Source of the DNA: Calditrichota bacterium
GTDB lineage: Bacteria; Zhuqueibacterota; Zhuqueibacteria; Residuimicrobiales; Krinioviventaceae
DNA length: 39,735 bases
Direction: 5' to 3'
NCBI GenBank assembly: GCA_013152225.1
Contig: JAADGR010000313.1
Location: 1-39,735 of the forward strand
Position numbers and translations under genes: made by a program. The notes below the pieces were generated by a model. It saw only the letters and a list, made by a program, of their open reading frames with translations. It searched no databases and was not told where the DNA came from. This document shows positions 23,427 through 33,424 of this stretch, piece by piece; the first letter of the stretch is position 1; each line of letters starts with the position of its first letter.

Positions 23427-23963
23427 GTGTCAAGAGTTGGAAAAATACCCATATCCATTCCCGACGGTGTGTCGATTGATTTTAAAAATAACTATGTTAC
23501 GGCAAAAGGCCCAAAGGGTGAGCTTGGCGTACAGATACATCCGGACATGAAATTGACACTAAAGGATGGGACGTTGACTGTTGATAGACCTTCTGAAAGC
23601 AAAGAGCATCGTTCGCTTCATGGGCTTTCACGAACTCTTGTTGCGAATATTGTACAAGGTATTACATCCGGCTTTGAAAAAAGGCTCGAAATTGTTGGTG
23701 TAGGTTATCGCGCGGAATTGAAAGGTAAAAAACTGCTTATCTCTGTTGGATACTCGCATCAAATTCTTTATATTCCGCCCGAAAGTATTGAAGCTGCGGT
23801 AGAAGGGAATAACGTAGTTATTATTCGCGGTATCGATAAAGTCCTGGTTGGGCAAGTTGCCGCAAAAATACGTTCCTTTCGCCCCCCCGAACCTTACAAA
23901 GGCAAGGGAATTCGTTATGCCGACGAAGTTGTGAGAAAGAAGGCAGGAAAAACTGCTGCTTAA
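23427..23963 (+). CDS. rplF: 50S ribosomal protein L6 (GTG start)
   Basis: SRVGKIPI, GVGYRA, PEPYKGKGIRY. Confidence 0.99.
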   Translation: MSRVGKIPISIPDGVSIDFKNNYVTAKGPKGELGVQIHPDMKLTLKDGTLTVDRPSESKEHRSLHGLSRTLVANIVQGITSGFEKRLEIVGVGYRAELKGKKLLISVGYSHQILYIPPESIEAAVEGNNVVIIRGIDKVLVGQVAAKIRSFRPPEPYKGKGIRYADEVVRKKAGKTAA

Positions 23964-24006
23964 AATTATTAAATATGTGATTAAATTTGAATGATGAGTA
24001 ATAATC

Positions 24007-24378
24007 ATGCCAGACAGGATTTTAGGAAAAAAATTAGCCAGGAAACGTCGAAGAAAACACATCCTGAAGCAGATTCGAGGGACGAAAGAAAGACCTCGTT
24101 TGGTTGTGCATCGAAGCAATAAGCACATTTATGCACAAATTGTAGATGATGACGGTCGTCGAACAATTTCAACTGCATCTTCTTTGTCAAAGGATATCGC
24201 AGCCGAAATCAAAGGCGTTTCCAAGGTTGAACAGGCTAAAGAGGTCGGAAAGTTGGTTGCAAAATTGGCGGCCAAGAAGAAAGTGAAATCAATTATCTTT
24301 GATCGCGCCGGCTACTTGTATCACGGTCGTGTAAAAGCATTGGCCGAAGGCGCACGAGAAGGTGGCTTGGACTTTTAA
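24007..24378 (+). CDS. rplR: 50S ribosomal protein L18
   Basis: [32 protein letters not shown]. Confidence 0.99.
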   Translation: MPDRILGKKLARKRRRKHILKQIRGTKERPRLVVHRSNKHIYAQIVDDDGRRTISTASSLSKDIAAEIKGVSKVEQAKEVGKLVAKLAAKKKVKSIIFDRAGYLYHGRVKALAEGAREGGLDF

Positions 24379-24415
24379 TTATTTCTAACAATTGTGAAAA
24401 AGGAGTTGTAAGGAT

Positions 24416-24949
24416 TTGGATAGAATAAATCCCAACGAATTAGACCTAAACGAAAAAGTAGTTCATGTCAACCGCGTCGCCAAAGTTGTCAAAGGCGGTA
24501 GGAGATTCAGTTTTAACGCAATTGTTGTTGTTGGCGATGGCAAGGGACATGTTGGCGTCGGTCTCGGAAAAGCGAACGAAGTCGCTGATTCCATCTCAAA
24601 AGGCACTGAAGTCGCAAAGAAAAACCTCATCCTTGTACCACTTTTAAATGGTACTTTAACCCACGAAATTGAGGGCAAGTACGGTGCAGGTCGGGTCTTT
24701 TTGAAACCTGCTGCCCCGGGTACGGGTGTGATCGCCGGTGGCCCTGTTCGTGCTATCATGGAAGCGGTTGGTGTTACAGATGTTCTTACAAAGAGCCGTG
24801 GTTCTGCAAATCCTCATAATGTGGTTAAAGCCACAATGGTTGCGCTTGAGAACCTGATGGACGTTCAGAGCATAGCTCGAAAGCGAGGCCTTTCGGTGAT
24901 GAGAGTTTTTAATACCGTACCTAAAGTCAAAGACACTGTAGAAGAATAG
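24416..24949 (+). CDS. rpsE: 30S ribosomal protein S5 (TTG start)
   Basis: [27 protein letters not shown]. Confidence 0.99.
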   Translation: MDRINPNELDLNEKVVHVNRVAKVVKGGRRFSFNAIVVVGDGKGHVGVGLGKANEVADSISKGTEVAKKNLILVPLLNGTLTHEIEGKYGAGRVFLKPAAPGTGVIAGGPVRAIMEAVGVTDVLTKSRGSANPHNVVKATMVALENLMDVQSIARKRGLSVMRVFNTVPKVKDTVEE

Positions 24950-24974
24950 AAATTGATGTATTAGGAATTGCTCA

Positions 24975-25169
24975 ATGGCAAAGAAAAAAGTAAAACAATT
25001 AAAAATTACTTTAAAGCGCAGCACAATTAAACGATTGGCCAAGCAGAAAGCTACGGCCAAGGCGTTAGGCTTGCGAAAATTAAATCAAAGTGTTGTCCAT
25101 TCGGACACTCCTGTGATTCGTGGAATGATCAATCGAATCTCGCATCTAGTTTCCGTTGAAGAACTGTAG
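24975..25169 (+). CDS. rpmD: 50S ribosomal protein L30
   Basis: [27 protein letters not shown]. Confidence 0.97.
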   Translation: MAKKKVKQLKITLKRSTIKRLAKQKATAKALGLRKLNQSVVHSDTPVIRGMINRISHLVSVEEL

Positions 25170-25213
25170 TGATTCGTCTGTTTATTGCTTAATATAATTT
25201 GTTTGAGGAAGAA

Positions 25214-25645
25214 ATGGATTTATCGACATTAAAATATGCAGATGGGGCTCGTAAAAACCGTAAGAAAATTGGACGCGGAGGAGCTCGCGGAGGAACTTCC
25301 GGGCGCGGACATAAAGGCCAGCGTTCCCGTTCCGGCTCTAAAAAGCACTTGTGGTTTGAAGGCGGTCAGATGCCAATCATGCGTCGTCTTCCCAAACGTG
25401 GTTTTAAGAATTTTAATAAAAAAGAAGTTCAAATTGTCAATCTTTGTGACTTGAACAAACTCAAAGTTGATGAAATTAATCCTCTGGTTCTCTTTGAAAG
25501 CGGATTAATAAAAAAGGTGAGCATCCCCGTCAAAATATTAGGCGATGGGCAATTGGACAGAAAACTGGAAATTTCAGCCAACGCGTTTAGTCGGTCCGCT
25601 GTCGAGAAAATCGAAGCTGTTGGCGGGAGGGCTACCACATTATGA
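25214..25645 (+). CDS. rplO: 50S ribosomal protein L15 (ATG at 25214)
   Basis: GRGHKGQRSRSG, FEGGQMP..RRLPKRGF, VKILGDG. Confidence 0.98.
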   Translation: MDLSTLKYADGARKNRKKIGRGGARGGTSGRGHKGQRSRSGSKKHLWFEGGQMPIMRRLPKRGFKNFNKKEVQIVNLCDLNKLKVDEINPLVLFESGLIKKVSIPVKILGDGQLDRKLEISANAFSRSAVEKIEAVGGRATTL

Positions 25646-26973
25646 TGGGGAGTCTGCAGAGTATCTTTAAGATTCCGGAACTCAAAAAGCGCATCATTTT
25701 TACCACGCTCATCCTGATCGTTTATCGGGTTGGCGGCCATGTTCCGATCCCCGGTGTAAACGCGCAGGCATTGCTGGAATACTTCCAACAAGCGCAGCGC
25801 GGTTTGCTTGGTCTTTACGATTTATTTGCGGGTGGCGCTTTTAAGCGTGCCACCGTTTTTGCTCTTGGTATTATGCCCTATATTTCTGCTTCAATTATTA
25901 TCCAGTTGCTTGGAGCAGTTGTCCCTTATTTTCAGAAATTACAAAAAGAAGGTGAGCAGGGCAGGAAAAAGATCACTCAGTTGACTCGTTATGGCACTGT
26001 TGCTATTTCTATCATGCAGGGCTATGGCGTTAGTGTGTTTTTGGAAAGAATCGGATACAGCACTTCCGGGCAACTTGTGGTTCCTCACCCGGGCTTTGGA
26101 TTTCGCTTGCTGACCATGTTAACGCTTTCGGCCGGGACGATCCTTATTATGTGGCTGGGGGAATTGATCACCGAGCGGGGGATAGGAAACGGGATATCTT
26201 TGATTATCTTTATTGGAATCATCGCCCGGTTTCCAAATTCGATTTTTGATGAGTTGCAGCAAGTCGCAAGTGGTAACAGAACGTTAATAACAGAATTGCT
26301 TTTATGGGTTATTTTTGTGGGCACTGTGGCCGGGACTGTTCTTTTAACTCAGGGGACGAGGAAAATACCCGTTCAGTACGCCAAGCGGGTCATCGGACGT
26401 AAGATTTACGGCGGCCAAAGCACGCATATCCCGCTAAGAGTCAATACCGCCGGCGTTATGCCGATCATTTTTGCGCAGTCGATCCTGTTTATTCCTCAAA
26501 CTGCCATGCAATTTTTTCCCAACAGCAATTTTATGATGTCTATAAATGCGCTGTTCGATTATCAGTCCTGGAGTTACTGGATTATTTACGGCGTTATGAT
26601 TGTCTTTTTCACTTATTTTTATACGGCTATAGCTTTTAATCCGGTAGATGTAGCTGATAATATGAAAAAGCAGGGTGGGTTTATTCCCGGTGTGCGACCC
26701 GGTAAAAGGACGTCCGAGTTCATTGATAATATTTTGACCCGAATTACTTTACCTGGATCTGTTTTTCTGGCACTTATTGCAATTTTTCCATCCGTTGTTG
26801 CAAAGTTTACCAATGTATCTTATAACTTTGCCAGCTTTTATGGAGGAACGTCGTTGCTTATTGTCGTCGGCGTTGCCCTGGATACTTTACAACAGGTTGA
26901 ATCGCACTTGCTCATGCGCCACTATGATGGCTTTATGAAGAGCGGCAAGATTCGCGGAAGACGGCGATTCTAA
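25642..26973 (+). CDS. secY: Preprotein translocase subunit SecY
   Basis: ALGIMPYISASII, GIGNGISLII, FIPGVRPG, GGTSLLIVVGVALDT. Confidence 0.99.
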   Translation: MMGSLQSIFKIPELKKRIIFTTLILIVYRVGGHVPIPGVNAQALLEYFQQAQRGLLGLYDLFAGGAFKRATVFALGIMPYISASIIIQLLGAVVPYFQKLQKEGEQGRKKITQLTRYGTVAISIMQGYGVSVFLERIGYSTSGQLVVPHPGFGFRLLTMLTLSAGTILIMWLGELITERGIGNGISLIIFIGIIARFPNSIFDELQQVASGNRTLITELLLWVIFVGTVAGTVLLTQGTRKIPVQYAKRVIGRKIYGGQSTHIPLRVNTAGVMPIIFAQSILFIPQTAMQFFPNSNFMMSINALFDYQSWSYWIIYGVMIVFFTYFYTAIAFNPVDVADNMKKQGGFIPGVRPGKRTSEFIDNILTRITLPGSVFLALIAIFPSVVAKFTNVSYNFASFYGGTSLLIVVGVALDTLQQVESHLLMRHYDGFMKSGKIRGRRRF

Positions 26974-26995
26974 GCCGTTTCCGTAATCGGAGAAG

Positions 26996-27652
26996 ATGAT
27001 GAGAACAATATTTCTTGGAGCGCCCGGCACGGGCAAGGGAACGCAAGCGTCCGTTTTGGCAGAAAAATATAATATCCCGCAAATTTCTACCGGGGATATT
27101 CTCAGGCAAGCGGTCAGTGAGGGCACTGAACTTGGAAAGCAAGCCAAATCTATTATGGAATCCGGTGGTCTTGTTTCCGATGATATCATTATTGCGCTGA
27201 TTAAAGAGCGTCTGGCGCGGCCGGATTGTGCGAGTGGTTATATTTTGGACGGCTTTCCGCGAACAGTACCGCAGGCGCAAAGTTTGGATGATATTTTACA
27301 AGATAGTGCGCCAATCGACGGTGTCGTTTATTTTGATGTTCCTGAAGAAATTATTATTACTCGGCTGACGAGCAGGCGGGTTTGCAGCAAGTGTGGCTAT
27401 ATTTACAATTTGATCACTGATCCACCGTCGGAAGACGGTAAATGCAGAATATGCGGCGGTGAGATTATGCAACGAGACGATGATAAAGAAGAAACCGTCA
27501 GAAATCGTCTTAAAGTGTACAAGGAAAAGACTGCTCCGCTAAAGGATTACTATTTGGAGCAGCAAAAGCTGTACGTGGTTGACGGGACCCGGAACGTCGA
27601 TCAGGTGCGGGCGGATATTGACAAGATTTTTCAGAAATTTTCTAAAGCGTAA
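26996..27652 (+). CDS. adk: Adenylate kinase with zinc-binding LID
   Basis: P-loop GAPGTGKGTQ, STGDILR, LDGFPRT, CSKC..CRIC, QRDDD. Confidence 0.98.
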   Translation: MMRTIFLGAPGTGKGTQASVLAEKYNIPQISTGDILRQAVSEGTELGKQAKSIMESGGLVSDDIIIALIKERLARPDCASGYILDGFPRTVPQAQSLDDILQDSAPIDGVVYFDVPEEIIITRLTSRRVCSKCGYIYNLITDPPSEDGKCRICGGEIMQRDDDKEETVRNRLKVYKEKTAPLKDYYLEQQKLYVVDGTRNVDQVRADIDKIFQKFSKA

Positions 27653-27653
27653 A

Positions 27654-28415
27654 ATGATTAACATAAAAAATTCGAGAGAGATCGAGTTCTTACGAAAGAG
27701 TGCTCAAATTGTAGCCGAATCACTTTTGTTGGCACAATCTCGAATTCAACCGGGTGTTCGCACCATCGATCTTGACAAAGAAATTTCAGAATATATTCGA
27801 TCAAAGGGAGCACGACCGGCATTTAGAGATTTTCATGGTTACCCTGCAAATATTTGCGTTTCTATTAATGACCAGGTTGTTCATGGCATCCCGGGACCAC
27901 GAGTTCTCAGAGAAGGCGATATCGTCAGTGTGGATATTGGCGTCGAATTAAACGGATATTATGGAGATGCTGCAAGAACATTTGCCGTGGGAAAAGTTTC
28001 GTCCGAAAAAGAAAAACTCGTGCGGGTCACGCGTGAATCGCTGTATAAAGGAATAGAAGCAGCGAGGGAAGGCAATCGTCTCTATGATATTAGTTATGCT
28101 ATTCAGACGCATGTCGAGAGTGCCGGGTTTTCCGTTGTGCGTGATCTTGTCGGACACGGGATCGGAAAACAAATGCACGAAGAACCGCAGATCCCAAATT
28201 ACGGTAAAGCTGACAGAGGGCCCAGGTTAAAGGCAGGCATGGTTTTCGCAATTGAGCCGATGGTTAATATGGGCGAATATAAGGTTTATACTCAAGATGA
28301 CCAATGGACGGTTGTTACACGAGATGGATTACCTTCAGCACATTTTGAGCACGATGTGGTGATTACAAAAAACGGAGCGGAAATTTTATCATTAGCAGCG
28401 AGTGAGGAAATTTAA
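27654..28415 (+). CDS. map: Type I methionine aminopeptidase (ATG at 27654)
   Basis: [38 protein letters not shown]. Confidence 0.98.
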   Translation: MINIKNSREIEFLRKSAQIVAESLLLAQSRIQPGVRTIDLDKEISEYIRSKGARPAFRDFHGYPANICVSINDQVVHGIPGPRVLREGDIVSVDIGVELNGYYGDAARTFAVGKVSSEKEKLVRVTRESLYKGIEAAREGNRLYDISYAIQTHVESAGFSVVRDLVGHGIGKQMHEEPQIPNYGKADRGPRLKAGMVFAIEPMVNMGEYKVYTQDDQWTVVTRDGLPSAHFEHDVVITKNGAEILSLAASEEI

Positions 28416-28419
28416 CATC

Positions 28420-28638
28420 ATGGCAAAAGAAGCATCAATAAAAATTGATGGCACCATTCTCGAAACATTGCCCAACGCCAATTTTAAAGTGGAATTGGAA
28501 AACGGACATAAAGTACTCGCACATATTTCCGGCAAGATGAGGATGCACTTTATTAAAATATTACCCGGTGATAAAGTTACTGTGGAATTATCTCCTTATG
28601 ATTTGACCCGTGGTCGAATCATCTATCGATACAAATAG
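28420..28638 (+). CDS. infA: Translation initiation factor IF-1 (ATG at 28420)
   Basis: [26 protein letters not shown]. Confidence 0.99.
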   Translation: MAKEASIKIDGTILETLPNANFKVELENGHKVLAHISGKMRMHFIKILPGDKVTVELSPYDLTRGRIIYRYK

Positions 28639-28648
28639 GAGCAAAAAT

Positions 28649-28765
28649 ATGAAAGTCAGATCTTCGGTAAAAAAAGTATGCGAGCATTGTAAAATCGTTC
28701 GTAGAAAAGGTGTTGTCAGAGTTATTTGCAAAAGAAACCCCAGGCACAAACAACGCCAGGGTTAA
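28649..28765 (+). CDS. rpmJ: 50S ribosomal protein L36, zinc type, 38 aa
   Basis: Manual translation [38 protein letters not shown]; SD AGGAG; below ORF-track cutoff. Confidence 0.98.
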   Translation: MKVRSSVKKVCEHCKIVRRKGVVRVICKRNPRHKQRQG

Positions 28766-28798
28766 TTGTCTGAGTAACGAGAATTAAAGGAGAATATC

Positions 28799-29173
28799 TT
28801 GGCTCGTATTGCAGGTATAGATTTACCTCGGGATAAGAGAATTGAAGTTGCTCTTACCTATATAGCTGGTATTGGAATGTCTTCTGCACAGAAAATATTG
28901 GCAAAGACAAATGTAAACCCCGATATGCGTGTCCGCGACATGGATCCCGATGACATTGCCAAACTGCGTGATGTTATCGTAGGAGAATATAAAGTTGAGG
29001 GCGCTTTGCGCAGCGAAATCCACATGAATATTAAAAGGCTGATGGATATTGGCTGCTATCGAGGATTGCGTCATAGACGGAATATGCCGGTTCGAGGACA
29101 GCGCACGCATACCAATGCGAGAACAAGACGCGGCAAGCGTGGCGTATCTGTTGGTATCAAAAAGAAAAAATAA
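28799..29173 (+). CDS. rpsM: 30S ribosomal protein S13 (TTG start)
   Basis: [30 protein letters not shown]. Confidence 0.99.
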   Translation: MARIAGIDLPRDKRIEVALTYIAGIGMSSAQKILAKTNVNPDMRVRDMDPDDIAKLRDVIVGEYKVEGALRSEIHMNIKRLMDIGCYRGLRHRRNMPVRGQRTHTNARTRRGKRGVSVGIKKKK

Positions 29174-29202
29174 GTTTTGTTTTTATATTAGCGAGGTGAT
29201 CA

Positions 29203-29592
29203 TTGGCTAACCCCAGAAAACGAACATCGAAAAAGAAAGAAAAAGTAGAAGCGAATGGTATCGCCCACATCAAGGTAACATTTAATAACACAAATGTTAC
29301 TTTGACGGATGTCTACGGAAACGTGATTTCATGGGCAACAAGCGGTCGGTCCGGTTTTAAGGGATCGCGGAAAAGTACGCCCTTTGCTGCACAGCTTTCA
29401 GCAGAAGCGGCCGCAAAAGAAGCGATGGATCTTGGCCTGAAGAGAGTGGAAGTTCTCGTCAAAGGTCCTGGTTCCGGTCGTGAAGCGGCAGTTCGTTCTT
29501 TGCAGGCAGCGGGTTTGGAGGTTACTTCTATTAAGGATGTAACACCTATTCCCCATAACGGATGTCGACCGCCTAAAAGGCGTCGGGTTTGA
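29203..29592 (+). CDS. rpsK: 30S ribosomal protein S11 (TTG start)
   Basis: [36 protein letters not shown]. Confidence 0.99.
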   Translation: MANPRKRTSKKKEKVEANGIAHIKVTFNNTNVTLTDVYGNVISWATSGRSGFKGSRKSTPFAAQLSAEAAAKEAMDLGLKRVEVLVKGPGSGREAAVRSLQAAGLEVTSIKDVTPIPHNGCRPPKRRRV

Positions 29593-29656
29593 CTATTAAA
29601 TAGAAATACTGATTTTTACGGCGACAAACGAGTCGTTAACGAGGAGGTCTTTTTAT

Positions 29657-30286
29657 ATGGCGAGATATACTGGTGCTGATTGTAAATTGTGTCGCAGGGA
29701 AGGAATGAAGCTTTTCCTCAAGGGCACAAAATGCAATTCCAACAAGTGCCCATTTGACAAAAAAGGGTATGCACCGGGTCAGCATGGACGCGCGAGAAGA
29801 TTCAAACAGTCTGAATACTCGATCCAGTTAAGAGAGAAGCAAAAAGTTAAAAGAATGTACGGATTGCTGGAGGCCCAATTTCATAATTATTTCAAGAAAG
29901 CGGAACGAGCCAAGGGTATTACCGGTGAAAATCTGCTCCGAATGCTGGAATGTAGGTTGGATAATATTATATTCCGCCTTGGTTTAGCACCATCCCGTGC
30001 TGCGGCCCGTCAATTGATTCGTCATCGCCATTTTTCAGTAAATGGGGCTCTGGTAGATATTCCTTCTTTTCAAGTATCTAGCGGTGACGAAATAAAAGTG
30101 AGAGATAAAAGCCGACAACTAGAGATGATTCATGGTGCAATGAAAAGGGTTCGTGACGGTAAAATGGTTTCATGGCTGTCATTGGATAAAGCGGGGATGT
30201 CGGGCTCTGTCCTGGAAGTTCCCGGTCGAGAGTCAATACCCGTGAATGTGAATGAAAGTTTGATTGTCGAGCTTTATTCAAAGTAA
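29657..30286 (+). CDS. rpsD: 30S ribosomal protein S4, zinc-binding type
   Basis: MARYTGADCKLCRREG...C...C, PGQHG, QLREKQK, IVELYSK. Confidence 0.99.
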   Translation: MARYTGADCKLCRREGMKLFLKGTKCNSNKCPFDKKGYAPGQHGRARRFKQSEYSIQLREKQKVKRMYGLLEAQFHNYFKKAERAKGITGENLLRMLECRLDNIIFRLGLAPSRAAARQLIRHRHFSVNGALVDIPSFQVSSGDEIKVRDKSRQLEMIHGAMKRVRDGKMVSWLSLDKAGMSGSVLEVPGRESIPVNVNESLIVELYSK

Positions 30287-30352
30287 AATTGGTCGAAAAA
30301 ACTCGATACAATTTCATTTGTCACTTGTCATTTATTTTATGGAGCAAACCGT

Positions 30353-31339
30353 ATGGCCTTACCAAGTTTTCAGATGCCAGAGAGCATTGAACTGGATGAG
30401 TCAACATATAGTACAACTTGTGGAAAGTTTATAGTACAACCACTGGAACGGGGATTTGGAACAACAATCGGCAACTCTTTAAGAAGAGTCTTGATGTCTT
30501 CCATTCCCGGTGCAGCGATTACAAGTATCCGCGTCGACGGAATCTTGCATGAATTTTCCACGATCCCCGGTGTTCTTGAAGATGTTTCAGACATTATTTT
30601 GAATTTGAAACAAGTTTGTATTAAGCTTATTGAAAAGAGACCCGAAAAAGTTGTCATTGACCTGAAGGGACCCAAAGAGTTTAAAGCAGGCGATATTCAG
30701 GAGAATACAACAGAGTTTGAAATTCTTAATCCCGATCTGCATATCGCGACTTTGAATAAAGATGCGGATTTCAAGTTAGAGTTGCGAATTTCACGTGGCA
30801 GAGGATACGTCCCATCCCAGGAAAACAAATTTCCTGATATGCCTTTGGGTACGGTTCCGATTGACGCAATTTTTACACCTGTTACCCGCGTCACTTATAA
30901 AGTGGAAAATACGCGTGTCGGACAAAAAACAGATTACGAACGGTTAATACTTGAAATAACCACAGACGGCAGCATCACGCCTGATGACGCACTCAGCTAT
31001 GCGGGCAAGATATTAAAAGATCATATCTCATTGTTCATTTCGATCGATGTGGAGACTGAGGAAGAGGAAACGCCTGAAGTGGATGAAGAAGCAATCCGCA
31101 TTCGCAACCTGCTCAAGATGAATGTTGATGAACTGGAGCTTTCCGTTCGCTCGCATAATTGCCTGACGGCTGCCAATATTCAAACAATCGGCGATCTTGT
31201 TTCCAGGGATGAGCAGGAGATGCTTAAATTCAGGAATTTTGGCCGAAAGTCTCTGACAGAACTCAATAAAATTCTGGAAGAAAAAGGTCTGCATTTCGGT
31301 ATGGATATCGAAAAATTTCTCAAAAAGTCTGAAGGTTGA
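30353..31339 (+). CDS. rpoA: RNA polymerase alpha subunit
   Basis: PLERGFGTTIGNSLRR, HEFSTIPGV, LELSVRSHNCL, NFGRKSL. Confidence 0.99.
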   Translation: MALPSFQMPESIELDESTYSTTCGKFIVQPLERGFGTTIGNSLRRVLMSSIPGAAITSIRVDGILHEFSTIPGVLEDVSDIILNLKQVCIKLIEKRPEKVVIDLKGPKEFKAGDIQENTTEFEILNPDLHIATLNKDADFKLELRISRGRGYVPSQENKFPDMPLGTVPIDAIFTPVTRVTYKVENTRVGQKTDYERLILEITTDGSITPDDALSYAGKILKDHISLFISIDVETEEEETPEVDEEAIRIRNLLKMNVDELELSVRSHNCLTAANIQTIGDLVSRDEQEMLKFRNFGRKSLTELNKILEEKGLHFGMDIEKFLKKSEG

Positions 31340-31367
31340 TTTAAAATAGATTTGAAGGATTAATTTT

Positions 31368-31835
31368 ATGAGGCATTTAAAGTCAGGAAGAAAACTGGGC
31401 AGGACAGTTAGCCATAGAAAAGCGATGTTATCAAATTTGGCAACAGCGATCTTGACTCATAAAAGTATTATCACCACAACGCCAAAAGCAAAAGAAGCTC
31501 GTTCAACAGTTGAACGTCTTATTACTTTTGCAAAACGTGGTGACTTGGCATCCAGAAGGATGGTTTTGCGAACCGTTAAAGACAAAAAATTAGTCAAAGA
31601 GTTATTTGAGGAAATCGCTCCTACGTATGCTGACAGAAATGGTGGCTATACGCGCGTGATAAAGATTGGACACAGAAAAGGTGATAATGCACCTCTTGCC
31701 ATTTTTGAAATGGTCGGCTATGAAGGTGTTCAGGCTGCGAAGATTGAGAAAGCGCGGCAAAAGCGCGAGGCAAAAGCAGAGAAAGAACGTAAGGAAGGTG
31801 AAACAACCGAACCTGAACCTGAATCTGAAGAGTAA
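31368..31835 (+). CDS. rplQ: 50S ribosomal protein L17 with charged C-terminal tail
   Basis: MRHLKSGRKLGR, RNGGYTRV. Confidence 0.99.
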   Translation: MRHLKSGRKLGRTVSHRKAMLSNLATAILTHKSIITTTPKAKEARSTVERLITFAKRGDLASRRMVLRTVKDKKLVKELFEEIAPTYADRNGGYTRVIKIGHRKGDNAPLAIFEMVGYEGVQAAKIEKARQKREAKAEKERKEGETTEPEPESEE

Positions 31836-31857
31836 AAACTATTTCATATTGTTATCC

Positions 31858-31886
31858 AAAGGGCAATCACAAGATTGCCCTTTTTT
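31858..31886 (+). terminator. Rho-independent terminator ending the superoperon
   Basis: AAAGGGCAATC-ACAA-GATTGCCCTTT perfect hairpin running into a T tract. Confidence 0.9.
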
Positions 31887-31952
31887 ATAACAGGCTCATC
31901 TTTGTCCCCTGCTTTTTTAATACATAACAAATTCGTAAAAAATCGAAAAGCA

Positions 31953-32007
31953 TGTCATCGCGAGGAGCGGAGCGTTAGTTTATCCCGAATTATCGGGGAA
32001 GCGATCT
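31953..32007. repeat. REP-like palindromic repeat remnant with an internal hairpin insert
   Basis: TGTCATCGCGAGGAGCGGAGCG...GAAGCGATCT resembles, from memory, a widespread repeat of roughly GTCATTGCGAGGAGCGAAGCGACGAAGCAATC. Internal CCCGA-ATTA-TCGGG hairpin. One copy in the window. Confidence 0.55.
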
Positions 32008-32125
32008 TCGACAAAATACATAACACCCCCGCTTCTTGCAAAATTCATATTGCTTTTTGGCCAATAATTTCTAAATTGAAACGTTTTGTTGCTCCGATAA
32101 AAATTAAATGAGGAGCTTTGGCGTT

Positions 32126-33424
32126 TTGTCGATTCGTGCGGATATTATTGTAAAAAGTGCTGCTCAGCTTGTCACTTCTTTTTGGGGACAGGCCGAGACA
32201 TCTCAAAAATCAGACGGCGGATTGCTCTTAATTGAAGACGCTGCTCTTGCTGCCCGTGGCGATAAAATTGTTGCCGTCGGAAAAACCTCCGCAGTTATGG
32301 AGGCTGTTGACGCTTCAAAAGCAAAGATCATCGAGGCTGGCGGGCAATCTATTGCCCCAGGTTTTGTTGACCCGCATACTCATCCTGTTTTTGCCGCAAC
32401 CAGGCAAGATGAATTTGAAATGCGGATTCGGGGAAAGACGTACCGGGAAATTGCAAAAGCAGGAGGGGGGATAAAATCGAGCGTCCGAAAGGCGAGAGAG
32501 GCCAGCGAAGATTATTTGCGCCGGCATGCGGCTCTTTACCTCGATCGTTTTCTCGCCTGCGGCACCACGACAATAGAGGCGAAAAGCGGCTATGGTCTGA
32601 GCGTTGCGGATGAATTGAAACTCTTGCGTGTTATCAAGGAACTTGCAGAGGCACATGTCGTTGAAGTGGTGCCCACATTTTTGGGTGCGCACGAAATTCC
32701 TGAAGAATATCACGATCGACGGGAATATTATATTGACTTGGTCATTGAAGAAATGCTCCCTCGCGTTGCAGAAGAAGAATTAGCAGTCTTTTGTGATGTG
32801 TTTTGCGAGGAGCATGTTTTTACTTTCGATGAGTCGAAGCGAATTTTGCAGAAGGCTCATAAAGTAGGATTGATTCCCAAGATACATGCCGATCAGCTTT
32901 CCGAGGGACGAGGAGCTGAACTGGCTGCTAAAGTTGGCGCGATTTCGGCTGATCATTTGGATTATATAAGTGATGAAGGCATTTCAGCTTTAGCGAGTTC
33001 GAGTGTTATTCCCGTCCTGCTGCCGGGCGCTGTTTTCTTTTTGGGTTTAAAAAAATATGCACCTGTGCGCAAGATGATCGACGCTGGACTGCCGGTGGCA
33101 CTTGCTACGGATTTTAATCCGGGTTCGTCACCCTCCCAATCCATGCCAATGATGATGGCGCTCGCCTGCACGCAGATGCGTATGACTCCTGCTGAAGCTT
33201 TAGTGGCGTCGACTGAACATGCTGCTGCCGCGATTGGCCGGGTGAATGATGTCGGCAGACTTGAAGTTGGTATGCAGGCCGATTTTGTTGTTTTGAATGT
33301 ATCGGATTATAAACTTTTGCCCTATCACTTTGGGATGAACTTTGTTGATAAGGTCGTCAAAAAAGGAAATATTGTTTTTAAATCTGGAAACGAGATTCAT
33401 GACAATGCGAATATCAAAATATAA
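32126..33424 (+). CDS. hutI: Imidazolonepropionase (TTG at 32126 or ATG at 32108)
   Basis: Amidohydrolase DPHTH, AGGGI, TIEAKSGYGL, HADQL, SADHL, ALATDFNPGSSP. Confidence 0.95.
   Translation: MSIRADIIVKSAAQLVTSFWGQAETSQKSDGGLLLIEDAALAARGDKIVAVGKTSAVMEAVDASKAKIIEAGGQSIAPGFVDPHTHPVFAATRQDEFEMRIRGKTYREIAKAGGGIKSSVRKAREASEDYLRRHAALYLDRFLACGTTTIEAKSGYGLSVADELKLLRVIKELAEAHVVEVVPTFLGAHEIPEEYHDRREYYIDLVIEEMLPRVAEEELAVFCDVFCEEHVFTFDESKRILQKAHKVGLIPKIHADQLSEGRGAELAAKVGAISADHLDYISDEGISALASSSVIPVLLPGAVFFLGLKKYAPVRKMIDAGLPVALATDFNPGSSPSQSMPMMMALACTQMRMTPAEALVASTEHAAAAIGRVNDVGRLEVGMQADFVVLNVSDYKLLPYHFGMNFVDKVVKKGNIVFKSGNEIHDNANIKI

Noticed and set aside
31875-32111. 78-aa ORF between rplQ and hutI
   Set aside because: Starts inside the terminator hairpin and reads through the repeat remnant; no SD.
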